Of a stretch of DNA of 64,000 nt, positions 8,943 through 18,920 are shown in pieces. This DNA comes from a virus (lineage: Duplodnaviria > Caudoviricetes). The first letter of the stretch is position 1. Every line of letters starts with the position of its first letter. Under the pieces are notes generated by a model, which saw only the letters and a program-made list of their open reading frames with translations, was not told the DNA's origin and did no database searches. The translations under genes and the position numbers were made by a program. Location: IMG/VR virus record IMGVR_UViG_3300002741_000002, positions 2,298 through 66,297 of that record; one strand, written 5' to 3'.

Positions 8943-11693
8943 TCAGCCCTCGTCCGCATACGCGGAGTTCGCCCGCGCCCGCTGTGCTCGTGCGTGATCG
9001 TTGAGCGCATCCTGCACGGCGCGCTTGACCTGCGAAGGCTCCGCGCCGCGCGCATCGATGTGCACCTGGTACGTGTTGCCCGCTGCAGTACGCGCGCCCA
9101 TCGGATCGGTTGCCTGGATGGCACCCTGACCCGTGGCGCCGGGATGGCCGGGCGTGCGGCCGATGGCGTCGGCGACCTGGCGCGCCCGCTCGCGGTCGTT
9201 CGGCATGATCCATTCGATCGGCACGCCGCCGGCGGGCGCTGGACTGTTTCCAAAACTGCGCATGCGCGCGATCAGGTCGCGTACGCCCTGCAGCTTGTCC
9301 GCGATCCACTCCAGTGTTTTGCGCGCGGCGTCCTCGACGGTCTGCCACATGGTCACGAACCACGCCTTGACCGGCTCCCACTGCGTGACGACCCAGCCGG
9401 CGGCGGTGCCGATCGCTTCGCCGAGCCCCACGAACGCCCTCACGGCCATCGTGATGGCGTCGATGACCCCGGCGATGGCGCCGCCGACCAGCGTGCCGAA
9501 CGCAACACCGTTCTGGCGGGCGGCGTCGAGCTGCTCACTCGTCGCTTGGAACGGTTGCCACAGGTGCGACACCCAGCTCCATACCGTCGCGAGCATCGCT
9601 CCCAGCGGCGCGACCACGTCGTGCAGCGCTGCACCGAAGCGCTGAAACGCCGGCCCCACCGTGTGCGCGATGCCCTGACCCAGTCCTTCGAACCACGCGC
9701 GGATCGGTCCCCAGTAGCGGTAAACAACAAGCGCGGCGGTGGTGATCAGGGCAACCAGGGCAAGCATTGGTGCGCTCACTCCCATCACTGCGATCGCCGC
9801 GGCGCGGGCGCCACCGATCAGCAGCGGAAACAGCCGCGCCAGTCCCACACCGCCCCCGCCGCCGAGCGTGAGGCCGCCCATGCGCAACAGAAAACGCAGC
9901 AACGCGAACTGGCCGATCAGGCCACCCAATCCGACCATCAGGCCGCCGATGACGGTGGCGAGCACACCCAGGCTGCCGGCGACCAGCACGATGCCCTTGG
10001 CCAGCCTCGGGTGGCTTTGGTTCCAGCTCGTGAGGCCGCGTACGGCGTGGGTGAGCTTCTGCAGTCCGGCGACATACACCGGCAATAATTGCGTGCCCAG
10101 CTCGCGGTAGAGATCGGACTTGCGCGCGAGCAGCTCTGCCTCCTGGCCGGCGGCAGTCTGCCGGGCTTCGTCGTAGAGTGCGTTGACGCCGTAGGCTTTC
10201 GGTGCCGCGGCCAGGTGTTTGGCGATGTTCGCGCGCTCCAGGTAGAGCGAGGCAAACAAGTCGCCGCCCTTGCGCCCCGAGAACAGCGCATTGATCTTGC
10301 TGATGACCTGATTGTCGCTGAGCGTGCCGTTCGGATTGAGCCGCGGCACGACGCGTGTCATCAGGTAGTCGAACGGGTTGGTGCGATACAGCTCACCGTC
10401 TTTCAGCGCATCGGGCAGCATCTTGGTGATGTGGCCGGTCTTGCCGTACCTCACTGCGCCGGGATTGAGCAGGCCAAGTTGCGCGAGTTCTTCGGCGGCT
10501 TGCTGGGTGCTGCGGCCCGCCGCCCAGTTCTGGTAGGCGGTGGCCAGTCCCGTGCCGGCGCGGTGACCGCCCATCTCCTGCATGGTGTGCAGCATGCCGA
10601 AGAAAAACGGCGTGTCATCGAGCTGTTTCGCCGCGATGCCGCCGGTCTTGATCATGTTGAGCAGGTCTTCGGGCTTCACCAGGCCACCGGAGGCGACGTA
10701 GGCCTGCGTGGCGAAATCCAGCACCTGCTTCAGCCGCGTCGGATCCTTCGCGGCGCCGCGCAGTTCGGCCACCTTCAAGAGGTCCAGGAACATCGCTTCG
10801 GCGTTGGCACCGTGGCCCTCGCCATGGCCGCCGTTGGCCATCACCGTTTCAATGCCGAACTTCATGCGCGCCAGATACGGCGCGACCTGTTCGGATTCGT
10901 GCATGTCGCGCAGCACGCTGTAGCTCTCCTTCAAGAGCTTCAGGTTCTCCGTGGCGCTGGTGCCCATGATGTCCATGCCGCGGGCGAAGGTCATCGCATC
11001 GCTCACGGTGGCCTCGCCGACGCCCATGGCCCGCAACTGTGCCACCTGGGTCTGAAACGCCTTGGCCTCCTCCATCGCTGGACTGAGCGCGCCCAGCACA
11101 TGCTGTCCGGTGGCCATCGCGGCTGCGCCGCCCACAGCCAGATGCGTGCCCGTGGCCTGCGTGCGCGACAACGCGGCGCGTGCGGCGCCCATGCGCTGCT
11201 GTTGTTGCGTGAGCGTCTGCAACTGCCGCTGCTGCGCGTCCATTTGTTTGGTGGTCGCGGCAACGGCGTCGCGCAACTGGCGCTCGTGCTGCGCCAGGTT
11301 GCGCGTGTGCATGCCGGCCGCGGCCAACCCTTCGCGCATCTGCTGCAAGCGGCGCGTCTGCGCCTGGTACTGCCGGCCGAGCGTATCGGCCTGACGTTTG
11401 GCCGCGTCGAACTCACGCCGCTGCGCACGGGTCGGCGCTGTCGTGGCCGCGATGGCTTTACCGAGCTCCGTGGCGCGCGTACGCGCCGCGTGCATCTGCG
11501 CGGCCAACTGCTGCGTGCCGGCCTTCAGCTCACGAAAACCTTTGAGATCCGCTTGCGCCTTCTCCAGTTCCTTCAGGCGCTGGCGGGTGTCGCGCAGCGC
11601 CTTGGAGGTCGCCGACGAACTGCCGGCGATGGCCCGTAGCGGTGCGGTGGCCCGATCGATGGCACTCAACAGCACGCTTAGTTTGAGATCCAT
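8943..11693 (-). CDS. gpT: Tail tape measure protein
   Basis: MDLKLSVLLSAIDRATAP start; long Ala-rich helical protein with a hydrophobic C-terminal half; position. Confidence 0.9.
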   Translation of the reverse strand: MDLKLSVLLSAIDRATAPLRAIAGSSSATSKALRDTRQRLKELEKAQADLKGFRELKAGTQQLAAQMHAARTRATELGKAIAATTAPTRAQRREFDAAKRQADTLGRQYQAQTRRLQQMREGLAAAGMHTRNLAQHERQLRDAVAATTKQMDAQQRQLQTLTQQQQRMGAARAALSRTQATGTHLAVGGAAAMATGQHVLGALSPAMEEAKAFQTQVAQLRAMGVGEATVSDAMTFARGMDIMGTSATENLKLLKESYSVLRDMHESEQVAPYLARMKFGIETVMANGGHGEGHGANAEAMFLDLLKVAELRGAAKDPTRLKQVLDFATQAYVASGGLVKPEDLLNMIKTGGIAAKQLDDTPFFFGMLHTMQEMGGHRAGTGLATAYQNWAAGRSTQQAAEELAQLGLLNPGAVRYGKTGHITKMLPDALKDGELYRTNPFDYLMTRVVPRLNPNGTLSDNQVISKINALFSGRKGGDLFASLYLERANIAKHLAAAPKAYGVNALYDEARQTAAGQEAELLARKSDLYRELGTQLLPVYVAGLQKLTHAVRGLTSWNQSHPRLAKGIVLVAGSLGVLATVIGGLMVGLGGLIGQFALLRFLLRMGGLTLGGGGGVGLARLFPLLIGGARAAAIAVMGVSAPMLALVALITTAALVVYRYWGPIRAWFEGLGQGIAHTVGPAFQRFGAALHDVVAPLGAMLATVWSWVSHLWQPFQATSEQLDAARQNGVAFGTLVGGAIAGVIDAITMAVRAFVGLGEAIGTAAGWVVTQWEPVKAWFVTMWQTVEDAARKTLEWIADKLQGVRDLIARMRSFGNSPAPAGGVPIEWIMPNDRERARQVADAIGRTPGHPGATGQGAIQATDPMGARTAAGNTYQVHIDARGAEPSQVKRAVQDALNDHARAQRARANSAYADEG

Positions 11694-11863
11694 CACTCCT
11701 CCACACCGTTGCGAAGGCGCGCCTGCTCGCGCCAGTCCATCAGTTCGGTCACCTCCATGGCATCCATCACCGGCGGCGCCCAATGGAACACCACCGCGAT
11801 GTCGGCCATCGCGTCCTCTACGCGGGCGGGAAGCCCTCGCGGCTCGCTCGCGTCAACAAAAAA
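11693..11863 (-). CDS. gpE': Tail assembly chaperone extension E' made by -1 frameshift at TTTTTTG (11863-11857)
   Basis: MADIAVVFHWAPPVMDAMEVTELMDWREQA motif in the shifted frame; same slippery heptamer as P2 E/E'. Confidence 0.8.
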   Translation of the reverse strand, partial: FFVDASEPRGLPARVEDAMADIAVVFHWAPPVMDAMEVTELMDWREQARLRNGVEE

Positions 11864-12120
11864 CCGGACACCTCCACTCCGAACTGGGTCAGATCCGCCG
11901 GATCCAGGTTCGCCACCTCCATCTTGGTCAGCGTGGGCTGCGTGATGCGCGGCAGGACGATTTCCAGCGCGGCGACGTCCATGTGCAGCAGGTTCACCAA
12001 CTGCGTGCCGCGCAGTTCGCCGGACTTGGGTTTGCGCACGGTGACCTGGGTGATGGTTTGCGTGCCGCGCTCGATGGGTTCTTCGAGCATGATGGTGGCG
12101 GCGGTCTTGCGTTCGGTCAT
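11818..12120 (-). CDS. gpE: Tail assembly chaperone E
   Basis: LEEPIERG...RKPKSGELRG...LPRIT...LDPADL. Confidence 0.88.
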   Translation of the reverse strand: MTERKTAATIMLEEPIERGTQTITQVTVRKPKSGELRGTQLVNLLHMDVAALEIVLPRITQPTLTKMEVANLDPADLTQFGVEVSGFLLTRASREGFPPA

Positions 12121-12264
12121 GATGGATTCCTTTGCGATGGCTTGCCCACAGAGTGGTGGCGGGGGCTAAATGAGGGTCGTGATTGCGAAAGGGATTGCAA
12201 TTTTCTGGTCGTGATTTCAGTTTTTGGTGGGCAGATTCCCGCTCACTTAAAACCAAGAGGAGTT

Positions 12265-12534
12265 ATGAAATTTTTAGCGATCAATCTTGAAAGCGACCCA
12301 TATTTCATGCCGATTTGCTCATATTTGAGTAGCCCACATCACACGCGGCAGGAAACGGAAGAGCTGTATTGGAGTGTCACGCACAAGTTGCGGCAAGCGT
12401 TTGCGGCTCCCGAGAGCGATTGGTGTTTTGGAGCCACGCAAATGGGGTTGTCGATTTCTGAGCTGAAGATCATCGTCTTTGCCGCCCTGGTGGCTGTTCG
12501 TGGAGCTTTGTCCGATATCTATGCTTACCAGTGA
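12265..12534 (+). CDS. Small hypothetical moron antisense to the tail operon (89 aa)
   Basis: AAGAGGAG RBS before ATG; AT-richer 400-bp insert between FII and E. Confidence 0.55.
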   Translation: MKFLAINLESDPYFMPICSYLSSPHHTRQETEELYWSVTHKLRQAFAAPESDWCFGATQMGLSISELKIIVFAALVAVRGALSDIYAYQ

Positions 12535-13037
12535 CCCATGGCCGCGCGCTGCGCGGCGAGCATGTCGACGCCATCGACGAGGAAGAGATGGTTGATCACG
12601 TCGATCTCGAACAGCACGCGGCCATCGACGCTTTCCTTGTAGTAGACCAGCGGCATGGTGAACTTGGTTTCGGACGATTCACCGGCCTTGGCCTCGCCGC
12701 GGTCGATCTCGCTGTAGCGCCCGCGGGCGACGATTTCCACCGCCTGATAGAAGCCGGTGTCCTCGGCCTGGTAGGCGCCGGCCCAGCGCAGCTGCACGGC
12801 GCCCACGGACGTCGCGCCGAATTGGCGCAGGGCGCTGCGCAGATAACCGGCGGCGGCGAAGGACAGCTCCAACGCTTCGCCGCCCATGTCCACCTTGATG
12901 GACGCATCCAAGCCGCCGGGGCGGATCTCTTCCATTTTGCGTGCGAGCTTGGGGAGCGTCAGGCTGTTGACCTGGCCGATGAACGATTCGCCGTTCTGGA
13001 AGGTGTCGAAGTTCTTGAGCTTTCTGGGCAAACCCAT
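12525..13037 (-). CDS. gpFII: Major tail tube protein FII
   Basis: MGLPRKLKNFDTF...LPKLARKMEE...GRVLFEIDVINH. Confidence 0.92.
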   Translation of the reverse strand: MGLPRKLKNFDTFQNGESFIGQVNSLTLPKLARKMEEIRPGGLDASIKVDMGGEALELSFAAAGYLRSALRQFGATSVGAVQLRWAGAYQAEDTGFYQAVEIVARGRYSEIDRGEAKAGESSETKFTMPLVYYKESVDGRVLFEIDVINHLFLVDGVDMLAAQRAAMGHW

Positions 13038-13104
13038 GGTGGTATCCTCGAAGGCGTAACGGGGAAGCCGGGGCATGCCGGCGGCGGTGGCCGCCGGCAT
13101 GTGT

Positions 13105-14286
13105 TTAGGCGTTATTGGTGGCGGTGATCGCGGTCATCAGGTCCGCGATGTACGTGTCGGTGAAGGTCTGCCGCAGCGTGAGGTCTTCCATCGGCGGCAC
13201 CGGCGTGAAGTCGTAGGAGAGTTTCAACTTGCCCACCTTCACGTTGCTGGTGTCGTTGAGCGACGGGTCGAACCAGCAGTGCGCACCGAGCAGGAACCCT
13301 TGGCGTGTCAGGTCGCGCAGCTTGGCGTTGATCGCTTCGACCAGATCGCGCACCAGGCTCGCATGCATCGGCTTGTCGCTGTACTCGAACACGCCCTCGC
13401 CGATCGTGGCGGCGACGATCTGTGCGCTGCGCGTGTAGTTCTCGAAGAGATACTCGCCGTCGTCGCAGGTGCGCGAGCCCCAGAAGCGGAACCCGTTGCG
13501 GTTGATGAGGGTGGTGATGCCCGCTTCGTTCAAGAGATCGGCATCGGTGCCTTCGGTGAGGTAGTCGAAGTACACGTCGGCGCTGATGCCGGTCACGCCA
13601 TTCACCGGCACGTTGGACAGCACCTTGTGCCAGCCGGTGGTCTGGTCGATCGATGCGCGCAGGCCCAACGCGATGGCGATGGTCTGCGCCGTCATGGTCG
13701 CCTTGGTGGCGGTGTCGAAGCGTTGGAAGTCCGGCCAGACCAGCATCAGCTCGCGTGCACTGAATTGCTTGCGATAGGCCACCGCATCCGTAAGCGTGGC
13801 GCAGCCGTGGCAGGCCACGTAGGCGAAGGCACCCAGCCGCTTGGCGGTGATGGCGATCTCCTGCGCCACCTCCGGCGTGTCCAGGCCGGGCGCACCGATC
13901 AGGCGCGGACGTAGACCTAAGCGCGCCTCGGCGGTGAGCAGGGCCTTCAAGCCCGTGTAACGCCCTTGCGCCGTCGTGGTGCCGATCACGTTGGCGCTGG
14001 TCGTGCTGTCATCGGTGCCGTCGGCCACGCGCACCACGATCACCGGGCAGCGCACCTGGTTGTCGATGTCCTGCAAGGCTTTGGCGAGCGTGCCCTTGAT
14101 GCCGGCCTTGGCGATACCGTCCTTGGCCTGCGTCAAGAGCACCGGCGTATCGAGCGGAAACACATTGGCGTCGGCATCGGTCGCGGTGACGACCAGGCCG
14201 ATGACGGCGGCGGAGACGGTCTTGAGGGTAAGCGGCGCATCGGTGGTTTCCTCGATCCGCGCACCGTGGTGGTAAGCCGTGGACAT
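13105..14286 (-). CDS. gpFI: Major tail sheath protein FI
   Basis: AYHHGARIEE, PRLIGAPGLD, GFRFWGSRTC, YDFTPVPPMEDL. Confidence 0.93.
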   Translation of the reverse strand: MSTAYHHGARIEETTDAPLTLKTVSAAVIGLVVTATDADANVFPLDTPVLLTQAKDGIAKAGIKGTLAKALQDIDNQVRCPVIVVRVADGTDDSTTSANVIGTTTAQGRYTGLKALLTAEARLGLRPRLIGAPGLDTPEVAQEIAITAKRLGAFAYVACHGCATLTDAVAYRKQFSARELMLVWPDFQRFDTATKATMTAQTIAIALGLRASIDQTTGWHKVLSNVPVNGVTGISADVYFDYLTEGTDADLLNEAGITTLINRNGFRFWGSRTCDDGEYLFENYTRSAQIVAATIGEGVFEYSDKPMHASLVRDLVEAINAKLRDLTRQGFLLGAHCWFDPSLNDTSNVKVGKLKLSYDFTPVPPMEDLTLRQTFTDTYIADLMTAITATNNA

Positions 14287-14289
14287 GCG

Positions 14290-14973
14290 TTAAACCTCGT
14301 CGGGAGTAGGGGGAGCGGTGAGCGCCTCGGCGGGCGGGACCACGCCGAGGTCGGTGATGACGTGGTGCGCGCCATCGGCGGTCCAGTACGACACGCCGCG
14401 GTAGTCGGGAACGATGTCCCAGCCGTCGTGCTGCGCGTTCCACTGCGGCGCCTGGTGCGTACTGACGGAGGGCGGTGCGATCGTCGTCAGCGTGTCGGGC
14501 AGCGGTTCGCGCGGTGCCGGACTCGCCGCGCGCTGGCCGGTCGCTTTCGTCCACACCGGTGTGCGGCTGTAGTCGGGAAGCGGACGCCACGCGCGTGCGT
14601 CGCTGTCCCACACGTTCGTCAGCGGGGTGTCGTGACGGTGCACCGGCGGCGCTTCCGCGGTGGCGCCCTCGGGCACACGCTCGCCGAGGGCAAGGGTGTT
14701 GGTGATCGGCGTACAGGTGGCCGTCTCCCACAGCATGACGCGGCGAAAATCCGGGACGACCTCCCACGCGCTGCCGTCGGCGTTGAGCCGCGCGCGTTCG
14801 TTCGCGCCAAGGGGCTCGGGCGGCGCGATAGCCACGACGTTGCGCGGCAGGAAGTAGGTCGCTTCCAGGGGCGAGAGAAACACCTCCACGCGACCTAGGT
14901 ATTCGCGCGTGGTCTCATCGAAGCTGTAGGCGTCTTTCGACGCGGGTAGTGATGCGGTGTCGGTCTCGGACAT
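14290..14973 (-). CDS. Tail fibre assembly chaperone (G-like) with three internal W-x-x-x-PD(F/Y) repeats
   Basis: YSFDETTREYLG...; repeats WEVVPDFR, WRPLPDYS, WDIVPDYRG; directly follows the fibre gene. Confidence 0.75.
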   Translation of the reverse strand: MSETDTASLPASKDAYSFDETTREYLGRVEVFLSPLEATYFLPRNVVAIAPPEPLGANERARLNADGSAWEVVPDFRRVMLWETATCTPITNTLALGERVPEGATAEAPPVHRHDTPLTNVWDSDARAWRPLPDYSRTPVWTKATGQRAASPAPREPLPDTLTTIAPPSVSTHQAPQWNAQHDGWDIVPDYRGVSYWTADGAHHVITDLGVVPPAEALTAPPTPDEV

Positions 14974-14986
14974 CGTGGAGGCCTGC

Positions 14987-16456
14987 TCAGTAAGCGATGA
15001 AATGGAACATGTGCGTGCCGGCGGCGAGGTTGTCGTTGCCACCGGCCGCGGCGACGGTGATCGTGTGGCTGTGGCTGCCGCCGTTGGCCAGCGTCAGGCC
15101 GTGGGTGTGATCGCCCACGGCCGCAATCGAGATGGTGTGCGTGTGGTTGCCGGCGCCGTTCATGCCAATGGCGTGGCCGTGGTTGCCCTGCCAGTCGGTA
15201 CCGAAGTTGTGCGCGTGGTTGCCCGCATCGTTGGTTTGGCGCTGCATGTTACGGAACGCGGGACCGCCGCCACCCACATAGTTGGAGCCCGTGCCGTCGC
15301 CGAACAGGCTGTTGAGCGTCACGTGCGAGTGCTGGCCTTGCGCATCGGTGGAACCGCTGTGTGCGTGATTGCCCTGGCCATCGGTCCACGCCGCATGCGC
15401 GTGATCGCCCACGCCGCTCGCGCTCGCACCGTGGCTGTGGCCGCCGCCGGCGGTCAGGGTGACGCTGTGGCCGTGATCGCCGGCCGCCACGCTGCTCGCG
15501 CCGTGCGTATGCGTGAGCAGGGCGCCCGCGCTGTAGGTGCCGATCTTGCTCGCATCCACGGTCGCCTTGATCACCGTGCCTTCGCCCAGGCGCGGCACGT
15601 TGAAGGTGGTGACGCCGTCCCCGGCGCCGTAGATGGTACCGATGGCGGCGAAGAGGTCCGCGTACTGCGTGCGCGAGATCGCCGCGCCGTTGCAGAGCAA
15701 GGTGTAGGGCGGCGCCTGCTGACCGGCCGTGACGATGATCTGGCCGGGCACATACCGTGCGCGCGCATCGAGCTTGGCGGCGAGCAGCGCGACCAGGCCC
15801 GTCACCTCGTCCATCGCGTGCGTGTGCTTGGCCGGCGGAAAGGTCGGGCCGATGGCGGCGAGGAACTCGCTGCCGGTGGCGAGGGCCAGCAAGCGCTTGG
15901 TGTAATCGGAAGGGGCATTGACGCCCAGGCGCGCATTCAACGCAGCGAGCAGGTTGGCCGAGGTCAGCGCCTTCTGCGTGTCGCGCCCGACCTTGGCCTC
16001 CTCGTCGCTGGCGAGCTTCACCACGCCAAGCGTGTCGGGTGTCGCCGCCGGATTGACGAAGCTGGTGTCGCCGAACGTGATCTGGCCGGCCGAGAGCGAG
16101 GCGAACTGCACATCGCAGGCAAGCAGCATCACCGCGCCGGCGGATTTCTCCACGATCACCTCGGCCTGGCCGTAGGAGGCGAACAGCGTGCCGTCGGCCA
16201 GGTAAAAGCCGAAGCCGCGCACGCTGTAGACGTCCTTGCTTGCGTCGCTGAGCGTGACGTGGATCGTGTCGGCTGCGGTCGCGCCGCCGGCGATCGCGGC
16301 GATGCGTTTGATTTCGTCCGGGACGGGCTGGCCGGACGTGAATGCGGTGGCGGTCACCGTGGCATAAGCGATGCGCACGGCGTTGGTGCCATCGCCGGCG
16401 GCATTGCGCAAGGCGGCGCGGCCGGCATCGGTGATGGCGAACAGCAAAGCGGCCAC
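14987..16456 (-). CDS. gpH: Tail fibre protein with collar domain and HxH needle repeats
   Basis: ITDAGRAAL N-terminus, LCNGAAISRTQYADLFAAIGT...FNVP collar, eleven HxH motifs. Confidence 0.85.
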   Translation of the reverse strand: MAALLFAITDAGRAALRNAAGDGTNAVRIAYATVTATAFTSGQPVPDEIKRIAAIAGGATAADTIHVTLSDASKDVYSVRGFGFYLADGTLFASYGQAEVIVEKSAGAVMLLACDVQFASLSAGQITFGDTSFVNPAATPDTLGVVKLASDEEAKVGRDTQKALTSANLLAALNARLGVNAPSDYTKRLLALATGSEFLAAIGPTFPPAKHTHAMDEVTGLVALLAAKLDARARYVPGQIIVTAGQQAPPYTLLCNGAAISRTQYADLFAAIGTIYGAGDGVTTFNVPRLGEGTVIKATVDASKIGTYSAGALLTHTHGASSVAAGDHGHSVTLTAGGGHSHGASASGVGDHAHAAWTDGQGNHAHSGSTDAQGQHSHVTLNSLFGDGTGSNYVGGGGPAFRNMQRQTNDAGNHAHNFGTDWQGNHGHAIGMNGAGNHTHTISIAAVGDHTHGLTLANGGSHSHTITVAAAGGNDNLAAGTHMFHFIAY

Positions 16457-16457
16457 G

Positions 16458-17003
16458 TCAGACGGCTCCTGCGACTTGGAGGTGCGCATACGCGACCGCG
16501 CGGCCGGCGGCGAGAACGCCCACGGTTGCGCGGGCGTTGAGCCCTTGGGTAAAGGTGAAGTGGTCGCGCGCGGATTTGGTGCGCGTGACTTCGGCGATGA
16601 CGTCGTCGACGAATGCGGCGGAGGTGTCTTGTTCCACGCTGTCGGTCAGCGTCAGCGTGAGCTGAAACGTAAAGGGCTCGCCCGGCGGTTCCTGTTCGAA
16701 CCAGGGACGCACCACCACATGACCGCCGAAGGAGGCGACGACGTCTTCGACTGATTGCGCGGTGCCTTGCTGCCGGGCGATGGCGATCGCGTGACGCACA
16801 CGCATGCGCTTCACGGCTTCGGACCAGTACGGCTTCCAACTGCGCACGCCCAAGGACCAGGCAAGCCAGGGCAGAAAGGCCGCGGGGATCGTGTCGGGGT
16901 TAGCGAGCGTCGCCAGCGGCGTGGCGAAGCCGAGCAACTCGCGGCTCACCTGCACGAAGGCGCGCTCCATCGGCGTGGCGTTGGGCGGCACGAGCTCAGT
17001 CAC
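16458..17003 (-). CDS. gpI: Baseplate/tail protein I
   Basis: PPNATPMERA, FLPWLAWSLGV, QGT...V...WFE. Confidence 0.9.
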   Translation of the reverse strand: MTELVPPNATPMERAFVQVSRELLGFATPLATLANPDTIPAAFLPWLAWSLGVRSWKPYWSEAVKRMRVRHAIAIARQQGTAQSVEDVVASFGGHVVVRPWFEQEPPGEPFTFQLTLTLTDSVEQDTSAAFVDDVIAEVTRTKSARDHFTFTQGLNARATVGVLAAGRAVAYAHLQVAGAV

Positions 17004-17880
17004 CGACGCCTCCGGATTGGATATCCACCGCCGTGCAGTAGCCGGCCTCGGTGTCGCTCACGACGAGCGTCGTGGCCGGGGAAAGGTCGAGCACGTCTTC
17101 GACGCCCGGTACCTTGAGCGCGGCGTACAACCCCGACAACGTGATGTTGCGGCCGATGCGGCGCGACTCGGCGAGGTACGTCGCGAGGCTCGCTTTGGCA
17201 GTGCTGAGCACCACGTCGGAGTCCGGGCCGGCAAAGAACGCGAGGCGCGCCGCTACACGGAACGGTCGAATCGCCACCGGCTGCACGATCACCTTGTCGG
17301 TGAGCAAGCGGCGCGTTTTGACGGTGAGGTACTCGGTGACGGTGTGCAGCAGTTCGGGCGAGGGCGTGCCATCGCCGTCGCGCGCCATGACGGACACCAC
17401 CACCGTGCCCGGTTCCGGGCTGGTGACTTTGGCATCGAGCACCTGACCGGAGGCACTGCGCGCTAGAAACTCATAGGCATCCGCCGGGCCGGCGGTGGAG
17501 TAGCCCGACGGGGCGAGCTGGCAGCGATAGAGAAGATCGTCGTCGCTCTCGTACACCGCGTCGATACCTTGGTCGGGAATCGCTGGGCGGATGAGCAAGC
17601 GCTGCACGCCGAGACTCGCCGCCCAGTTGTCGAGGTCTTTGCCGCGTGCGGTGGGAAGAAAGCACGCGCGCGCATCGTCGTTCTTCTTCTGCCGTTCCTG
17701 CAGCACGAGGTAGGCGAGCACCTGCAGGGCTTTGCGGATCGGGTCGGATTCGACGGTGGCGGTGTAGGCAGGCCACAGTTCGCGCATGCGGCGTTCGGCC
17801 ATCGCGAGCAGCGTCTCGTAGTCGAGGCGTTCGACGACATCCGGCAGCGGCAGCTGGTTGAGCTGGATCGTGTCGGTCAT
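16996..17880 (-). CDS. gpJ: Baseplate assembly protein J
   Basis: LPLPDVVERLDYE, ESDDDLLYRCQLAP, STAGPADAYEF. Confidence 0.92.
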   Translation of the reverse strand: MTDTIQLNQLPLPDVVERLDYETLLAMAERRMRELWPAYTATVESDPIRKALQVLAYLVLQERQKKNDDARACFLPTARGKDLDNWAASLGVQRLLIRPAIPDQGIDAVYESDDDLLYRCQLAPSGYSTAGPADAYEFLARSASGQVLDAKVTSPEPGTVVVSVMARDGDGTPSPELLHTVTEYLTVKTRRLLTDKVIVQPVAIRPFRVAARLAFFAGPDSDVVLSTAKASLATYLAESRRIGRNITLSGLYAALKVPGVEDVLDLSPATTLVVSDTEAGYCTAVDIQSGGVGD

Positions 17881-18233
17881 GCGCGCACCGCGAACGTGAG
17901 CGGGACCGATAGATCGAGCGGCTTGCCGGTATCGGTACGCGTGCCGGTAAGATCCAGCACCCAGCGGCCACGCAACGCATCGACGGCAGACAGCGCGACG
18001 CGTGTCAGCGTCAGGCGCGGTTCCCAGCGCATCAGCGCGGTGGCGGTCGCGGCGTAAAGCTGCACGCGGGTGGCGGCGTTGCCGGGCGCATCGATCAGGT
18101 CCGGCAGGCGGCTGCCGTAGTCGCGCCGCATCACGCGCGTGCCCACGGGCGTGGCAAGGATGTCGGCGATCGATTGCGCCAGGTGCGCATCGCCGCTCAG
18201 CGCGCGGCCGGTGCGTGCGTCCATGCCCATCAT
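17877..18233 (-). CDS. gpW: Baseplate assembly protein W (gp25-like)
   Basis: GMDARTG...HLAQSIADILATPVGTRVMRRDYGS...WEPRL. Confidence 0.92.
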   Translation of the reverse strand: MMGMDARTGRALSGDAHLAQSIADILATPVGTRVMRRDYGSRLPDLIDAPGNAATRVQLYAATATALMRWEPRLTLTRVALSAVDALRGRWVLDLTGTRTDTGKPLDLSVPLTFAVRA

Positions 18234-18823
18234 GGCAGGGGCTTTCCGCTGATCCCGCCGCCGGGCTGCACGTTGGCGTGCGGGTGGTTCGTCAGGCTGA
18301 TGGCGCCGGCCTTGACGTCGGCATCGCTGGTGATGGCCTGGCTCGCATGCACGGTTTGCGCGAAGGTCGCCGCTTGCGAGACACTGAGTTCGCCGTCGAT
18401 GGTCACGTGGCCGGTGAGGGTGATACCACCCGGCGCCGTCACCGCCACGCGGCCTTCGGCGGGTAGCGTGGCCCTGAACACATGGGTCGCCTGGTCATAC
18501 AGCACCACCGCGCCATCGCCGAAGGCCATTACGACGGTGTCGGCATGTGCCTCACTGGGTACATCGAAGGCATCGCAGAAGATGCCGCCGATGGCGACGC
18601 CAGCGCCGACGTCGCCATTGGGCGAGAGCACCATCACTTGCTCACCGATATCGGGCGGCGCCCACGTCTTGGTGGTGCCGGCGCGCGTGGCGAGCCACGG
18701 AAGCGGGCGCGTGAGCAAGCCGCCGAGTTTGACCTGCACGCGCTTGCCGGCAACGGCGTGTACCGTGCCGAAGCGGATCAGGTTGGCGAGTTGGCGCGGG
18801 ATGTCATCGGACATGCCCATCAT
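18230..18823 (-). CDS. gpV: Baseplate spike protein V
   Basis: LANLIRFGTV, WLATRAG...WAPPDIGEQV, SLTNHPH. Confidence 0.92.
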   Translation of the reverse strand: MMGMSDDIPRQLANLIRFGTVHAVAGKRVQVKLGGLLTRPLPWLATRAGTTKTWAPPDIGEQVMVLSPNGDVGAGVAIGGIFCDAFDVPSEAHADTVVMAFGDGAVVLYDQATHVFRATLPAEGRVAVTAPGGITLTGHVTIDGELSVSQAATFAQTVHASQAITSDADVKAGAISLTNHPHANVQPGGGISGKPLP

Positions 18824-18859
18824 GCTGCGGGCATGCGTGAACGCGCGCAGCTACGGTGC

Positions 18860-18883
18860 GTTCTGGATCATGCCGCCCAGAAC
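18860..18883. promoter_or_regulatory. Putative Ogr-type late-promoter activator box GTTCT-N14-AGAAC upstream of gpV
   Basis: Same dyad geometry at 27784-27807 between divergent O and P. Confidence 0.55.
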
Positions 18884-18920
18884 ACACCAGGATGCCGGGG
18901 CGACCGGCGCCACCGCTCCG

